The notes beneath the pieces are model-generated. The model was not told the DNA's origin. It saw only the letters and a program-made list of their open reading frames with translations, and made no database searches. A stretch of DNA of 64,000 bases, taken from the NCBI GenBank assembly GCA_965209035.1, contig OZ242372.1, forward strand, positions 648,958 to 712,957. Reading direction: 5' to 3'. Positions 1-10,034 of this stretch are shown here, piece by piece; positions within the stretch are counted from its first letter, which is position 1; every line of letters starts with the position of its first letter. A program made the position numbers and the translations under genes. The stretch comes from Gammaproteobacteria bacterium (GTDB lineage Bacteria > Pseudomonadota > Gammaproteobacteria > CBDBNL01 > JAAOII01).

Positions 1-28
1 TCTTTTCGCTCATGCTTAAAATTGCCAA

Positions 29-1078
29 TTAGACATGTCGCAAATGGCGGAGAATGGCCCGAATCAGGCGAGCGTCTATCCGGACTTCGCGACACAGGAC
101 CCACAGATCCGAAATGCCGAAATGCTCGCATTTCACCGCATCCTTTTCCGTAATGATAATCGGTGCGGGCTTGGACCCGACGGTCGCAAAGTTAAGGTCT
201 TCCCGCCGAAACCGGTGATGATTGGGAAAACTGTGCGTTTCACACACAATATTCTTTTTCTTTAAGGTGTCAAAAAAATTCCACGGTTGGGCGATGCCGC
301 AAACCGCCCGCACCTTCTTGCCCGCATACAGCTTTTTCCATTGGGCGATGGTTTTAACTTCCTTTGTGCCGGCTCGTCTGAGGTAAATCTTCTTAAGTGT
401 CATTCGGTATGTCTTATCTTTGTTGGACGCCAACAAACGCAATAACCTTGGATTGATGCCATTATCTCCCAAGTTCAAACAGTTTAGCAAGATATAATCC
501 ACTTTTTTCAGACGGGAAAGCGGTTCGCGCAGCGGACCGGCCGGCAGACAGTGCCCGTTACCAACACCCCCGACCGCATCCAGCACGGCAATTTCCAAAC
601 TGCGATGCATCGCATAGTGTTGCAAGCCGTCGTCACTGATCACCAGATCCGGATTGCATTCCCTTGCCAGATTGGCTGCCGCCACCGCCCGCAGCGGATG
701 CACATACACCGGGCAGTCGGTTCGCCGTGCCAGCAGCAACGGCTCGTCGCCGACTGCCACCGCCTTGCTGTTCCGATTGACAAGCATCCCGTTTTTCCGA
801 GTCGCTCCTCCCTTATAGCCGCGGCTGATAATGCCCGTCTTCAGACCGCGTTTCACCAGAACTTCGGCTAAACCGATCACCGCGGGTGTCTTGCCGGCAC
901 CGCCGACCGTCAGCCCTCCCACAACAATAATCGGCGGGTTAACTCGTCGGCTCGGCGGCCGCAACGCGTAGAACGCCCGCAGAGCTCCCATCGCGAGCCT
1001 GTATAAAAGTTCAAAAGGGAGTAAAAATAATGGAAAGATTCCGGAACCGGACCAGAGAGTCCGAAGAATACGAGGCAT
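29..1078 (-). CDS. lpxK: Tetraacyldisaccharide 4'-kinase (lipid A biosynthesis)
   Basis: P-loop 'VGGLTVGGAGKTP' and 'SRGYKGG' motifs typical of LpxK, with end-to-end collinearity to the LpxK fold. ATG at 1078 chosen over the upstream TTG at 1093. Sits downstream of msbA as in other Gram-negatives. Confidence 0.85.
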   Translation of the reverse strand: MPRILRTLWSGSGIFPLFLLPFELLYRLAMGALRAFYALRPPSRRVNPPIIVVGGLTVGGAGKTPAVIGLAEVLVKRGLKTGIISRGYKGGATRKNGMLVNRNSKAVAVGDEPLLLARRTDCPVYVHPLRAVAAANLARECNPDLVISDDGLQHYAMHRSLEIAVLDAVGGVGNGHCLPAGPLREPLSRLKKVDYILLNCLNLGDNGINPRLLRLLASNKDKTYRMTLKKIYLRRAGTKEVKTIAQWKKLYAGKKVRAVCGIAQPWNFFDTLKKKNIVCETHSFPNHHRFRREDLNFATVGSKPAPIIITEKDAVKCEHFGISDLWVLCREVRIDARLIRAILRHLRHV

Positions 1079-1125
1079 CAACAACAACAACAATTAAAAA
1101 CGCAAGACGGATCGGACAGACCCCG

Positions 1126-1152
1126 AATAGCCATAATAGCCATAATAGCCAT
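1126..1152. repeat. Tandem 9-bp repeat (AATAGCCAT)x3 flanked by a 6-bp inverted repeat (CCGAAT...ATTCGG), in the msbA-lpxK spacer
   Basis: Read directly from the sequence at 1121-1158. Confidence 0.8.
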
Positions 1153-1169
1153 TCGGAAAATGTCGTTAT

Positions 1170-2902
1170 TTAGTCGCTGAACTGGCGGCGATACAAAGAA
1201 GCATAATGTCCTTTCTTGCTCAGCAATTCTTTGTGTGATCCTTCCTCCAGGACCCGCCCCTTGTCCAAAACAATGATCTTGTCCATTTTTCTGACCGTAG
1301 AAAGACGATGGGCGATCACCAAGACCGTTCTACCCCGCATACTCTCTTCCAGCGCAAGTTGAATCTTATGCTCCGTATCCGTGTCCAAAGAGGAAGTTGC
1401 CTCGTCCAAAATTAGGATCGGCGAGTTTCTAATCAAGGCACGTGCCAAAACAATCCGTTGTTTTTGGCCGCCGGAAAGAAGAACTCCTTTTTCACCTATC
1501 ACCGCATTCAATTGGTTTGGCATTTTTTCGACAAACTCCCAGGCCTGCGCTCTTTCCAAAGCGATTTTTAGTTCTTTGTCTGTCGGGTTTCTTTGCAAGC
1601 CATAAGTCAAGTTGTAACGCAAGGTATCGTCAAACAAAAAAATGTCCTGACTGACATAAGCGATACCGGCACGCCAAGCATACAACTCCAATTCCCGCAG
1701 ATCCGTATCGCCGATGCAAATCGCCCCTTTTTCTGGCTGGTAAAAACGAAACAACAGGCTAACAATTGTGCTCTTACCGCTGCCGGATTTGCCGACCAAC
1801 GCATTTTTGGCGCCGCCGATAATTTTTAAGTTAAATTCTCAAAAACAGGCAACCCCTTCTTGTAAGCAAAAGAAAGATTTTTGATATGAACATCCCGATG
1901 CTGCTCTTTCGGAGTGATTAAGCCCTTGCCCGCATTTGGTTCGTAACTTAACTTGAGGTACTCGATATAATCGCGCGCCGCCTCCTCGCCCGACACCATC
2001 TTGCCTTGAATACCGGACAGACTGCGGATATGCGGACCCAACAAAAAAATGGCGGTGATGTAACCCATGAATTCACCGAATGTCGAAAAACCGACGGATT
2101 GGACATTCATTGCAACCCAAATGATGGTCGCAAAGGCGATGGAAACAACAACGGACAACAAGGGCGATAATGTTGCGGAGACCACCACCATTTTAAGAGA
2201 TTGCCTCTTGTTACGAGCAATCAGTTTTTTGTATTTTTTGAATTCGTAATCTTCGGCTGCGGATGCCTTGATTAGAGACAAGGCGCCGAAGGCATCAATC
2301 ATCCGGCGCGATAACAAGACGGCCAGTTTCCGCAAGCGACCGGCAAGAACCTTAATTCTCTTTTTAAAGAAGTACATCATCACCAACAAAACGGGGACAG
2401 TTGCAAAAATGATCAGCGTCAACAACCAATTAAAGTAAAACAGGTAGCCCAAAAGAAAAATAAAGGAGATACCATCCCGTAACAGCACCGTCAAACCGGA
2501 ATTCAAGGCACCCACAATTAAACCGACATTGTAATTCAATTTGTTCAGGACTTCGCCGACGGATGTTTTGTCATAAAAATTGCGGGGAAGCCACATCAGA
2601 TGTCGATACATACGCACCGAGAGTTTTGCGGACACATTCACGGAAACATAGGATGCCGTTAGTCCCCCCAAAATGAGCCCTATACCGCGCATCAAAGTAA
2701 CCCCAACGATACCGAGCGGGATATACCATCGCCACAAAGAATCGGGTTGCGTATAAGCATCTTCCATTTTGTGCACCAATTCCGCCATACCCACATTGCC
2801 CAGGGAAGCAAGGGCAAAAAAGATGACGGCGAAAAAATACAACGACAGGTCTTTTTTTACATAACGGCCCAGCCCGATCAGGCCACGATAGGACTTAAAC
2901 AT
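1170..2902 (-). pseudogene. msbA: Lipid A/LPS ABC exporter MsbA, interrupted by a 1-nt frameshift. The transmembrane half is ORF 1826..2902 and the ATPase half is ORF 1170..1799.
   Basis: The upstream ORF has six-TM ABC exporter topology and ends '...PVFENLT*'. The downstream ORF begins in the -1 frame with '(E)FNLKIIGGAKNALVGKSGSGKST' (Walker A) and carries the ABC signature 'LSGGQKQR', Walker B 'ILILDEAT' and an H-loop. Joining the frames gives 'PVFENLNLKIIGGAKNALVGKSGSGKST', which is collinear with the E. coli MsbA junction '[28 protein letters not shown]'. Whether this is a true pseudogene or a sequencing or assembly indel cannot be told from the sequence alone. Confidence 0.7.
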
Positions 2903-2920
2903 CTTAGTTAAGATAACGGA

Positions 2921-3343
2921 TCAGAATTCGGTTGCTTCGCGCGTGGTAATTCGGATATTGAAAAAACCAAGTTGCCCGGCGACATCCATTAACAACACCA
3001 CCTTGCCATGGACAACCCTGGCATCCGCGGTGACTTGCAGTTCCCGCAAGTCCGACGCATCGCGCGCCCGCCTCAATGCGAGCGTCAATGTGTCGCGCCG
3101 GTTATTCGCCAACTTCTTGTCGTTCACAATATAGTTGCCGCCGGCGTCCACAATCACAGTAATTAATTCCGCCTCGCTTGCCGGATAACGCGATTGCGCC
3201 TCCGGCAGAACAACGGACAACCGATTTTCTTTAATAAAGTTCGTCGTCAGAATAAAAAACACCAGCATCATAAACACCACATCTATGAGAGGTGTCAGAT
3301 TAATTTGAATATTATTTTGTTCCGGCAGTCGCGGGAATTTCAC
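2921..3343 (-). CDS. exbD: ExbD/TolR-family biopolymer transport protein
   Basis: About 140 aa with an N-terminal single TM ('LTPLIDVVFMMLVFFIL') and an ExbD/TolR-like periplasmic domain. Paired with the upstream MotA/TolQ/ExbB protein. There are no tolA, tolB or pal genes, so ExbBD-type is more likely than TolQR. Confidence 0.75.
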   Translation of the reverse strand: MKFPRLPEQNNIQINLTPLIDVVFMMLVFFILTTNFIKENRLSVVLPEAQSRYPASEAELITVIVDAGGNYIVNDKKLANNRRDTLTLALRRARDASDLRELQVTADARVVHGKVVLLMDVAGQLGFFNIRITTREATEF

Positions 3344-3360
3344 TTGTACTTGTTATTTCG

Positions 3361-3981
3361 TTATTTCGATCTTTTGTGCGGACGGAACATCATACTCAGT
3401 AACACGGAAGCCTGTCGCTCCATCTCCACACTGATGTCTTCCAGCCGTCTGATAAACATTCTGTGAAACACCACCGCCGGAATGGCGATGATCAAACCAT
3501 AAGCAGTCGTTAGCAGTGCCTGCGAAATACCGCGCGCCATAAAGGACGGTGAGGCGGTTTCCTGAAACGAGAAAAAAACTTCTATCATTCCGAGAACCGT
3601 GCCGAGAAGACCCAACAAAGGAGAAACAACCGCCACTGTTCCAAGTGCGTTAAGAAATCGTTTCAGTTTGTTTACCTGTTGCGCCGCTTCTTCTTCCATA
3701 CGCAAACTCATCTCATCGCGCCCGTATTTGGAATGATTCAACCCCGCCATCAAAATTCTGCCGAGTGGGTATCTTTGACTCATCTTATCCATTTGTTCCG
3801 AGGACAGTTGCTTACTTTCCACAAGATCCCACAGTCTGTAAACCAGCTCCGGCGGCGCCACATTTCTTTTGCGCAGAACCCAGAGTCTCTCCAAAATAAC
3901 GGCACAGCCGACCACGGAGAATAAAGTTAAAAAGTACATTACCGGACCGCCGGCAAGAAAAATTTCAAGCATAAGTGTCAA
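3361..3981 (-). CDS. exbB: MotA/TolQ/ExbB-family proton channel protein
   Basis: 206 aa with three TM segments and the conserved C-terminal 'GLLGTVLGMIEVF' region of ExbB/TolQ. Immediately upstream of exbD. Confidence 0.78.
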   Translation of the reverse strand: MTLMLEIFLAGGPVMYFLTLFSVVGCAVILERLWVLRKRNVAPPELVYRLWDLVESKQLSSEQMDKMSQRYPLGRILMAGLNHSKYGRDEMSLRMEEEAAQQVNKLKRFLNALGTVAVVSPLLGLLGTVLGMIEVFFSFQETASPSFMARGISQALLTTAYGLIIAIPAVVFHRMFIRRLEDISVEMERQASVLLSMMFRPHKRSK

Positions 3982-4024
3982 ACATAATTTTCAAATGGCG
4001 ATGAAACACATCGCTTTATATAAT

Positions 4025-6568
4025 TTAATGATCATAATTGAGATGCCAATAGCGTTTATTGATCACTCGATAACCCCTATTATAAGTTATTTTTTCTCCG
4101 CCCAATTCAAAAGTTGCCGCCCCCGTTTGCCAAAGAATTAATGGCACAGAGCCAATGCTTGCGTATCGGCGCACAATGTCCGCATGCGGGTGACCGTAAG
4201 GATTAAGATATCCGGCGGCAAAGACCGCATACAGAGGACGCACCGCCAGCACAAGCCTTTCGCCCGAGGCACCCGCACTGCCGTGGTGTGGCACCTGCAA
4301 CAGATCCGCCGTTGCGTTTGCCACGGCTGCCAAAAATTGCTCTTCCGCTTTTTGCGTGAGATCTCCCGTCAACAGAAGGCGATGCTCCCCCGCCGTCACT
4401 CTGAGCACGCAAGAATTATCATTCCGGTTTTTGCTTCTTTTACCCGGCACGGGATAGAGCAGCTCAAACAGCACCCCGTCCCATCTCCAGGATTGTCCGG
4501 CCTGACAGGGCAGGATCGGAAACCGGGAATTTGGCAGAGGGAAATTCAGCATCAGTTCGGTCCGGCGGGTGCGCTCCAACAGATCCTCCAGGCCGCCGCT
4601 GTGATCCCGATCCCGATGGCTGACAATGATCCTGTCCGGGTCCGCCCCGCCCAGATAGCTGAGATAAGGGGCTATCACCAGACTGCCGGCCGAACTGCGC
4701 GCAGAAAAAGAAGCCCCGGTATCATAAATTAACCGATGATTGGCGGTGCGAAGATACGTCGCCAACCCCTGACCGACATCCAAAAAAGTCACTTCCAGTT
4801 TGCCGGGGGCGAGTGACTTGTCCGCGGGAAAGAACAACGGCAAAAAGAACAATATTGCCAAAAGCGCATCCGCGGCGGAACGGCGGCATAGCCAAAAGAT
4901 GACCCCGACAACGGCACAAACTATGGCAAGAGCACTCGGCCGAGGGAGATGCACATAACTGCGGGGGAGACTCGCCGCCGCCGCCAAACCGTCATAACAA
5001 ACATCAATGAGCCAAACAAGAGGGACCAGCGAAAGTTCGCCAAGAACCGGCAAAACAAATAACAAAAAGGTTGTAAGAAAAATCCACGGCATCAAGACAA
5101 AAGTTGTCAGAGGAATTGCTATGAGGTTAACAAAAATTCCTGCGATGGAAAACTCGTAAAAGAAAAACAAAATAAACGGCGCCAAACAAAATACCAAACT
5201 CACCTGTAAAAACAACAACGAGCGAAAAAAAGCGAGCGGGCCGGCAGCTGGGCCGGCGGACGCACCGCCAAGCCGCCGGCTTGCCAAGAGGATAAAACCG
5301 GCGGCCGCAAAAGACAACCAGAAACCGGCACCAAGTGCCGCCAAAGGATTAATCATCAACACCGCCGCCATCGCCAAGACATAAATATTCAACAGGCGAT
5401 AAAAACGCCCGCAGAGCAGCAGCAACAAAAAAATACCCAGCATGATCAACGCGCGCTGTGTCGGCAACGAGAAGCCGGCAATAACGGCATAGCACCCTAT
5501 CAAAGGCAAGGTCATAAGTGCCGCCCATCCAAGCGGCGAACCGGCTGCGGAGAAAAGCGAGCCGCCGCTCAGTCGATGCAGTCTGCCAAACAAAAACATC
5601 AGGACGCCAAAAATGAAGCCACCCACCATGCTCAGATGCAAGCCGGATATGGCGATTAGATGCGAAATACCGTTGCGCCGCAACGCCAGCCTGTCCTCGG
5701 CGGATATTTCGCCACGGTCGCCGATCATCAGGGCATTCAGCAACCCGAGCGCATGCGACGAAGCACTCTGTTGCGAAAACTTGCGTTTGATTTTCCAACG
5801 TAATTGGGCAATCGGATACCGATGGCTTTCCCCGAGGAGCCGGGGAGCCGGTTTCGGGCGAACATAGCCCTGTCCTTTAATACCGGATTGCAGCATATAA
5901 CTCTCGTAATCAAAACCACCCGGGTTGCGAAACGAGTGGGGCCGGCGGATACGCATCGTTAGCCGCCATTTCTGTCCGGGAGCAATTTCCGTTCCTTCCG
6001 GCGGATCATACCAACTGAGTTGCACCCTGCGAAACGGCAAGGGCCTTGTGCCGGCTGCGGACAACAGGTTGCCGGCCGGATCCCGTAGCTCCCGGATGAC
6101 GAACACGAACCGAATGCGTCTTGCGCCCGGTGTCGGCAGGTCCGCAACATAACCGACGGCCTCCAGATCTTTCTTCTGCCAGTCCGCCGGCAGAACTGTG
6201 TGTGTCCGCCACAGACCCCAGCCGCAGGACCAAACGCCGCCGCAGATCAGTGCCAGGCATACCAGCCGGATCATATGAAGACGCGGCGGACAAGACGGCA
6301 GAGGAGAAAAGGCCGCCAGGAACGCGACTAGTAAAATAACCGCGATGGTCCCGGGAGCGGGCAGTTCCGGGATCAGGCTTGCCGCAATGATCCCCATATT
6401 GAAAAAAAGCAACAACAACGCAAAAGGCACTTGCCTTAATTGCCGCGCTTGGCAGTTGTTTACCGGTCTAAAAGCGCGCATACCGCTTCCCCTTGCCACC
6501 TTGCCGTCCGCTGCTTTTGATGCCTTTGAAGTATTTGAAGTATTTGAAGCCTCCGCAGGTTTCGTCAA
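4025..6568 (-). CDS. comEC: DNA internalization competence protein ComEC/Rec2
   Basis: Large polytopic membrane protein with a C-terminal metallo-beta-lactamase domain ('VSHRDRDHSGG', then 'LLLTGDL' and 'VPHHGS' motifs). Start codon uncertain: the maximal ORF includes an N-terminal low-complexity stretch encoded by a tandem repeat, and the true start may be an internal Met (MRAFRP or MGIIAASL). Confidence 0.8.
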   Translation of the reverse strand: MTKPAEASNTSNTSKASKAADGKVARGSGMRAFRPVNNCQARQLRQVPFALLLLFFNMGIIAASLIPELPAPGTIAVILLVAFLAAFSPLPSCPPRLHMIRLVCLALICGGVWSCGWGLWRTHTVLPADWQKKDLEAVGYVADLPTPGARRIRFVFVIRELRDPAGNLLSAAGTRPLPFRRVQLSWYDPPEGTEIAPGQKWRLTMRIRRPHSFRNPGGFDYESYMLQSGIKGQGYVRPKPAPRLLGESHRYPIAQLRWKIKRKFSQQSASSHALGLLNALMIGDRGEISAEDRLALRRNGISHLIAISGLHLSMVGGFIFGVLMFLFGRLHRLSGGSLFSAAGSPLGWAALMTLPLIGCYAVIAGFSLPTQRALIMLGIFLLLLLCGRFYRLLNIYVLAMAAVLMINPLAALGAGFWLSFAAAGFILLASRRLGGASAGPAAGPLAFFRSLLFLQVSLVFCLAPFILFFFYEFSIAGIFVNLIAIPLTTFVLMPWIFLTTFLLFVLPVLGELSLVPLVWLIDVCYDGLAAAASLPRSYVHLPRPSALAIVCAVVGVIFWLCRRSAADALLAILFFLPLFFPADKSLAPGKLEVTFLDVGQGLATYLRTANHRLIYDTGASFSARSSAGSLVIAPYLSYLGGADPDRIIVSHRDRDHSGGLEDLLERTRRTELMLNFPLPNSRFPILPCQAGQSWRWDGVLFELLYPVPGKRSKNRNDNSCVLRVTAGEHRLLLTGDLTQKAEEQFLAAVANATADLLQVPHHGSAGASGERLVLAVRPLYAVFAAGYLNPYGHPHADIVRRYASIGSVPLILWQTGAATFELGGEKITYNRGYRVINKRYWHLNYDH
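6525..6549. repeat. Tandem 9-bp repeat (TTTGAAGTA)x2.7 in the yggS-comEC spacer / extended comEC 5' region
   Basis: Read directly at 6525-6549. It encodes 'NTSNTS' in the maximal comEC ORF. Confidence 0.8.
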
Positions 6569-6620
6569 TTTCGTTATCTTGTTACTGTGCCATATTGCCG
6601 GGCGGGGCTACCGCGCGACA

Positions 6621-7376
6621 TCACCGGGTTGCAACCTTTGGTCGCGGGCCGAACAGAGCACTGCCAATCCGCAGCATGGTCGCCCTGTGCCGAATGGCAA
6701 TTTCCAAATCCGCACTCATCCCCATTGAAAGAGTGTCCCAATCCGCGGGCATCTTCTCGCCGATGGTCTCAAACAGACGGCGCATACGTTCGTAGTCTTT
6801 GCCGAGCAACTCCGTATTTTCAGTCTGCCGGGGGATCGTCATCAGCCCGCGCAAGCGCAACCATTCCATTTCGCTGATTTGGTCGCACAAAGACATGGCA
6901 TCTTCGGCGGCACAACCTCCTTTTGTTTCCTCGCCGCTGATGTTCACCTGCACGCAAACATTGAGTTTGCCTTTTTCCGGCGGGCGTTGACGGTTGAGAC
7001 GCCGGGCAATCTTCAAAGAGGTCACAGTTTGTGCCCAATCAAAGTGTTCGGCAATTGGTTTGGTCTTGTTGGACTGGATGCGTCCTATGTAGTGCCGACA
7101 TATATCGCCAGCCGTTGTTTCCGTATTCTCCGGCTTTTCCATCTTGCTTATCTTGCTTAATGCCTCTTGCAGATAATTCTCGCCAAAATCCCGTTGCCCG
7201 AGAATACGCACGGCGGCAACCGCCTCGGCCGATTGTCCTTTGGAAACGGCAACCAACCGGATTTCCTTTTGTGTTGCGGCTGAAATACGCCGGCGCAGTT
7301 GCTCCATCCGTTCTTTAATAACCGTTACGGCGGCCGAAGAATTCGCGGAAGAATTTGCCGGAAAATTTAAAGACAT
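6621..7376 (-). CDS. yggS: YggS-family pyridoxal-phosphate homeostasis protein (alanine-racemase N-terminal-like fold)
   Basis: Motifs 'LVAVSKGQ', 'FGENYLQE', 'HYIGRIQSNK', 'LSMGMSADLE' and 'IGSALFG' align along E. coli YggS. ATG at 7376 chosen by N-terminal alignment. Confidence 0.8.
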   Translation of the reverse strand: MSLNFPANSSANSSAAVTVIKERMEQLRRRISAATQKEIRLVAVSKGQSAEAVAAVRILGQRDFGENYLQEALSKISKMEKPENTETTAGDICRHYIGRIQSNKTKPIAEHFDWAQTVTSLKIARRLNRQRPPEKGKLNVCVQVNISGEETKGGCAAEDAMSLCDQISEMEWLRLRGLMTIPRQTENTELLGKDYERMRRLFETIGEKMPADWDTLSMGMSADLEIAIRHRATMLRIGSALFGPRPKVATR

Positions 7377-7632
7377 TTTAGAAACACCGCTCCCCCGCAA
7401 TGCTTTTTCTCATCCACCCGGTCATTGGTTTGATTTTTGTTATTGTTATTATTAATGTCATCTTGCTCATATTTCGCGCTCTTTTTTGTCTATCTGTTTT
7501 TTGTTTTTTGTTTTTAATGCTTTCCTTTATTTTATAAGACGCAGCCGCATAACCGCGCAACCGCAGAAGAAACTCAAGAACATCGGCATGATCTCGCGGG
7601 CTATCTGTGATAATCTATATCTGTGCGCGGAA

Positions 7633-8343
7633 ATGAAAAAACGAATGTCTGACAAAGAAATTAAAAAGTTCAATGCTCTGGCTGCGGATTGGTGGCAACC
7701 AACCGGCAGTATGGAACCGTTACACAGAATTAACCCTTTGCGCTGCCTGTTTTTAGATACCTATGTGTCCGTGGCCGGCAAGCGTGTTCTCGACATTGGC
7801 TGCGGCGGCGGGCTGTTTGCCGAAAGTATGGCGGAAAGAGGGGCAAGAGTCACCGCCATAGATCCGGCGCCGGACCTCATAGAAGCAGCCCGTCGGCATA
7901 GTACCCAGTCGGTGCCTTCCGCCAATATTTCTTATCGGGTTGCCGAAGTGCAGGACCTAATCGCCGAAGGCGATGGGCCCTACGATATGGTCAGTTGTCT
8001 GGAGGTGTTGGAGCATACGGAGGAACCGGAAGAATTAATGAAGAGATCTGTTCAACTAATCAAGCCGGGCGGTTGGGGCTACTTCTCCACGATTAATCGC
8101 ACCCCGCTTGCCTTTGCCAAGATGATTGTGGCGGCGGAATATGCGCTCGGCTGGCTGCCGCGCGGAACGCACAGCTATCGGCAGTTCATTCGCCCGTCCG
8201 AAATGGCAAGTTGTCTGCTATCTCATAAAATGGAATTAATCGATATGAAAGGAATTACCTATGATGTTTTGCGGCGCAAGTTCGTGCTGTCTTCCAAGAC
8301 AGACACGAATTATCTTCTTTTAACTCGCAAATCAGCCTCCTAA
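7633..8343 (+). CDS. ubiG: Ubiquinone biosynthesis O-methyltransferase
   Basis: SAM-methyltransferase motif 'VLDIGCGGGLFAESMA' plus UbiG-like N- and C-terminal regions. ATG at 7633 chosen (MKKRMSDKEI...). Confidence 0.8.
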   Translation: MKKRMSDKEIKKFNALAADWWQPTGSMEPLHRINPLRCLFLDTYVSVAGKRVLDIGCGGGLFAESMAERGARVTAIDPAPDLIEAARRHSTQSVPSANISYRVAEVQDLIAEGDGPYDMVSCLEVLEHTEEPEELMKRSVQLIKPGGWGYFSTINRTPLAFAKMIVAAEYALGWLPRGTHSYRQFIRPSEMASCLLSHKMELIDMKGITYDVLRRKFVLSSKTDTNYLLLTRKSAS

Positions 8344-8357
8344 CCAAACAGGTCCCG

Positions 8358-8846
8358 GTGCGTCGTCTGTCTGTCTTTTTGTTTTGTGCCTTTGCCATCC
8401 TGGTAGCGGATCAATGGAGCAAACAGGCGGTGACCGTGGCACTCAACCAAGGAGAGCGTATCGCCGTTTTTTCTTGGCTGGACATTACACTGGCGTATAA
8501 TCGCGGGGCCGCCTTCGGTTTTCTGGCAAACACCCCCTGGGCCAACCATATTTTTACCCTGGTGGCATCCGCAGCCTCCATCCTGATTCTTTATTATTTG
8601 TTTAGAAACCGAAACGCGGCTATTTTTCTGCAACAAAGTGCCTTGTCTCTCATCCTCGCCGGAGCACTCGGCAATCTTGCTGACAGGTTCAAACATGGCT
8701 ATGTGACCGACTTTGTCTCCCTGCATTACGGCAATTGGTATTATCCGAGTTTTAATGTTGCCGATGCCGCCATTAGTATCGGCGCCTGCTTTCTGCTGGC
8801 GGATGTTTTTTGGGAAACGTTCCGGTCGGTGCGAAAGAATCGTTAA
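8358..8846 (+). CDS. lspA: Lipoprotein signal peptidase II
   Basis: Four-TM protein with LspA motifs 'NRGAAFGFL', 'GALGNLADR' and 'FNVADAAI'. GTG start. Directly upstream of ispH as in the conserved lspA-ispH arrangement. Confidence 0.85.
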   Translation: MRRLSVFLFCAFAILVADQWSKQAVTVALNQGERIAVFSWLDITLAYNRGAAFGFLANTPWANHIFTLVASAASILILYYLFRNRNAAIFLQQSALSLILAGALGNLADRFKHGYVTDFVSLHYGNWYYPSFNVADAAISIGACFLLADVFWETFRSVRKNR

Positions 8847-8875
8847 TTCTTATTAACTCTTTAAGGCATCAACAA

Positions 8876-9946
8876 ATGGAGATCATTCTGGCAAATCCGC
8901 GCGGGTTTTGCGCGGGCGTGGATCGGGCAATTTTATTAGTGGAAAGGGCTCTGATATTGTTTGGCAAGCCCGTTTATGTCCGGCATGAAATTGTGCATAA
9001 CAAGTATGTTGTTGCGGAGTTGGAAAAGCGCGGTGTCATCTTCGCGGAAGATATCCGCGAGATCCCGCCGAAAAGCACGGTGATTTTCAGCGCGCACGGC
9101 AGTTCCAAAAAAATTCGCCGGGAGGCGGAAGAACGCAGCCTCCGTATTTTTGATGCCATCTGTCCGTTGGTGACCAAAGTGCATATGGAAGTCCAAAGAT
9201 TTGAACTGGAAGGCTACGAATGCATCTTAATCGGACATGCCGGACATCCCGAAGTAGAGGGGACACTGGGGCAGTTCGGGCAGCTGCGGCAGTCCGGTGA
9301 AAAGCGAACCTCAGAACAAGCCCCCAAACAAACAGAAGCACTAACCGAGGCATCACCGGCCAAAGGCATCTATCTGGTGGGCGACTGTTGCCAAGCCGAA
9401 ACAGTGCAAGTCCGCAACCCGGCAAAACTTGCTTATGTCACTCAGACCACTCTGTCCGTGGACGATACAAAAGAAATCATCGGTGTCCTCAAACGCCGCT
9501 TCCCGCAGATCAAAGAGCCGGCAAAAGACGACATCTGCTACGCAACACAAAACAGACAGGACGCGGTCAAGTCGCTGGCCGCCAAATGCGATTTAATTCT
9601 GGTCATCGGCTCGGAGAACAGTTCCAATTCCAACAGGCTCTGTGAAATTGCCAAGAGTTACGGCAGTGTTTCTTACCTGATCAATGATGTCTCTCATATT
9701 AAAAAGAAATGGCTGGATGATGTTCGGGTTGTCGGCATTACCGCCGGGGCATCCGCACCGGAGAAACTGGTGCAAAACACTTTAGATTTTTTTCGTGCAA
9801 ACTATCCGCGCTGCGTGATTCGCAATGCGCCCGGCAAGCCGGAAAATGTCATCTTTAACTTGCCCGCGGAAATTCGCGCGCTGCCGATTAAGAATATTCC
9901 CGTTTGGGAATCCTTGTCCGAGTTCGGCGCGAACGGGGCAAAATAG
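8876..9946 (+). CDS. ispH: 4-hydroxy-3-methylbut-2-enyl diphosphate reductase (IspH/LytB)
   Basis: N-terminus '[19 protein letters not shown]', 'SAHG', 'HPEVEGT', '[10 protein letters not shown]' and '[11 protein letters not shown]' align with E. coli IspH. It carries a roughly 25-aa low-complexity insert ([28 protein letters not shown]) not present in E. coli. Confidence 0.9.
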   Translation: MEIILANPRGFCAGVDRAILLVERALILFGKPVYVRHEIVHNKYVVAELEKRGVIFAEDIREIPPKSTVIFSAHGSSKKIRREAEERSLRIFDAICPLVTKVHMEVQRFELEGYECILIGHAGHPEVEGTLGQFGQLRQSGEKRTSEQAPKQTEALTEASPAKGIYLVGDCCQAETVQVRNPAKLAYVTQTTLSVDDTKEIIGVLKRRFPQIKEPAKDDICYATQNRQDAVKSLAAKCDLILVIGSENSSNSNRLCEIAKSYGSVSYLINDVSHIKKKWLDDVRVVGITAGASAPEKLVQNTLDFFRANYPRCVIRNAPGKPENVIFNLPAEIRALPIKNIPVWESLSEFGANGAK

Positions 9947-10034
9947 CGCGCACCTCGTTTGCCGATGACGCGTTTTTTATTTTTACTTTTATTTTTACTT
10001 TTTTTACTTTTAATGCTTAGTTAATGAATAGATC

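Noticed and set aside
35-871. Plus-strand ORFs 35..265 and 551..871 inside lpxK
   Set aside because: Antisense to lpxK, which has clear kinase motifs. The translations have no domain features.
1824-1842. Programmed ribosomal frameshift in msbA
   Set aside because: There is no slippery heptamer with a downstream structure of the known types, and no msbA is known to be recoded. A plain indel (sequencing error or mutation) in an A/T run is far more likely.
8340-8726. 128-aa minus-strand ORF overlapping lspA
   Set aside because: It is antisense to a well-supported lspA and its Gly/Cys-rich translation has no known fold. Frame-shadow artefact.
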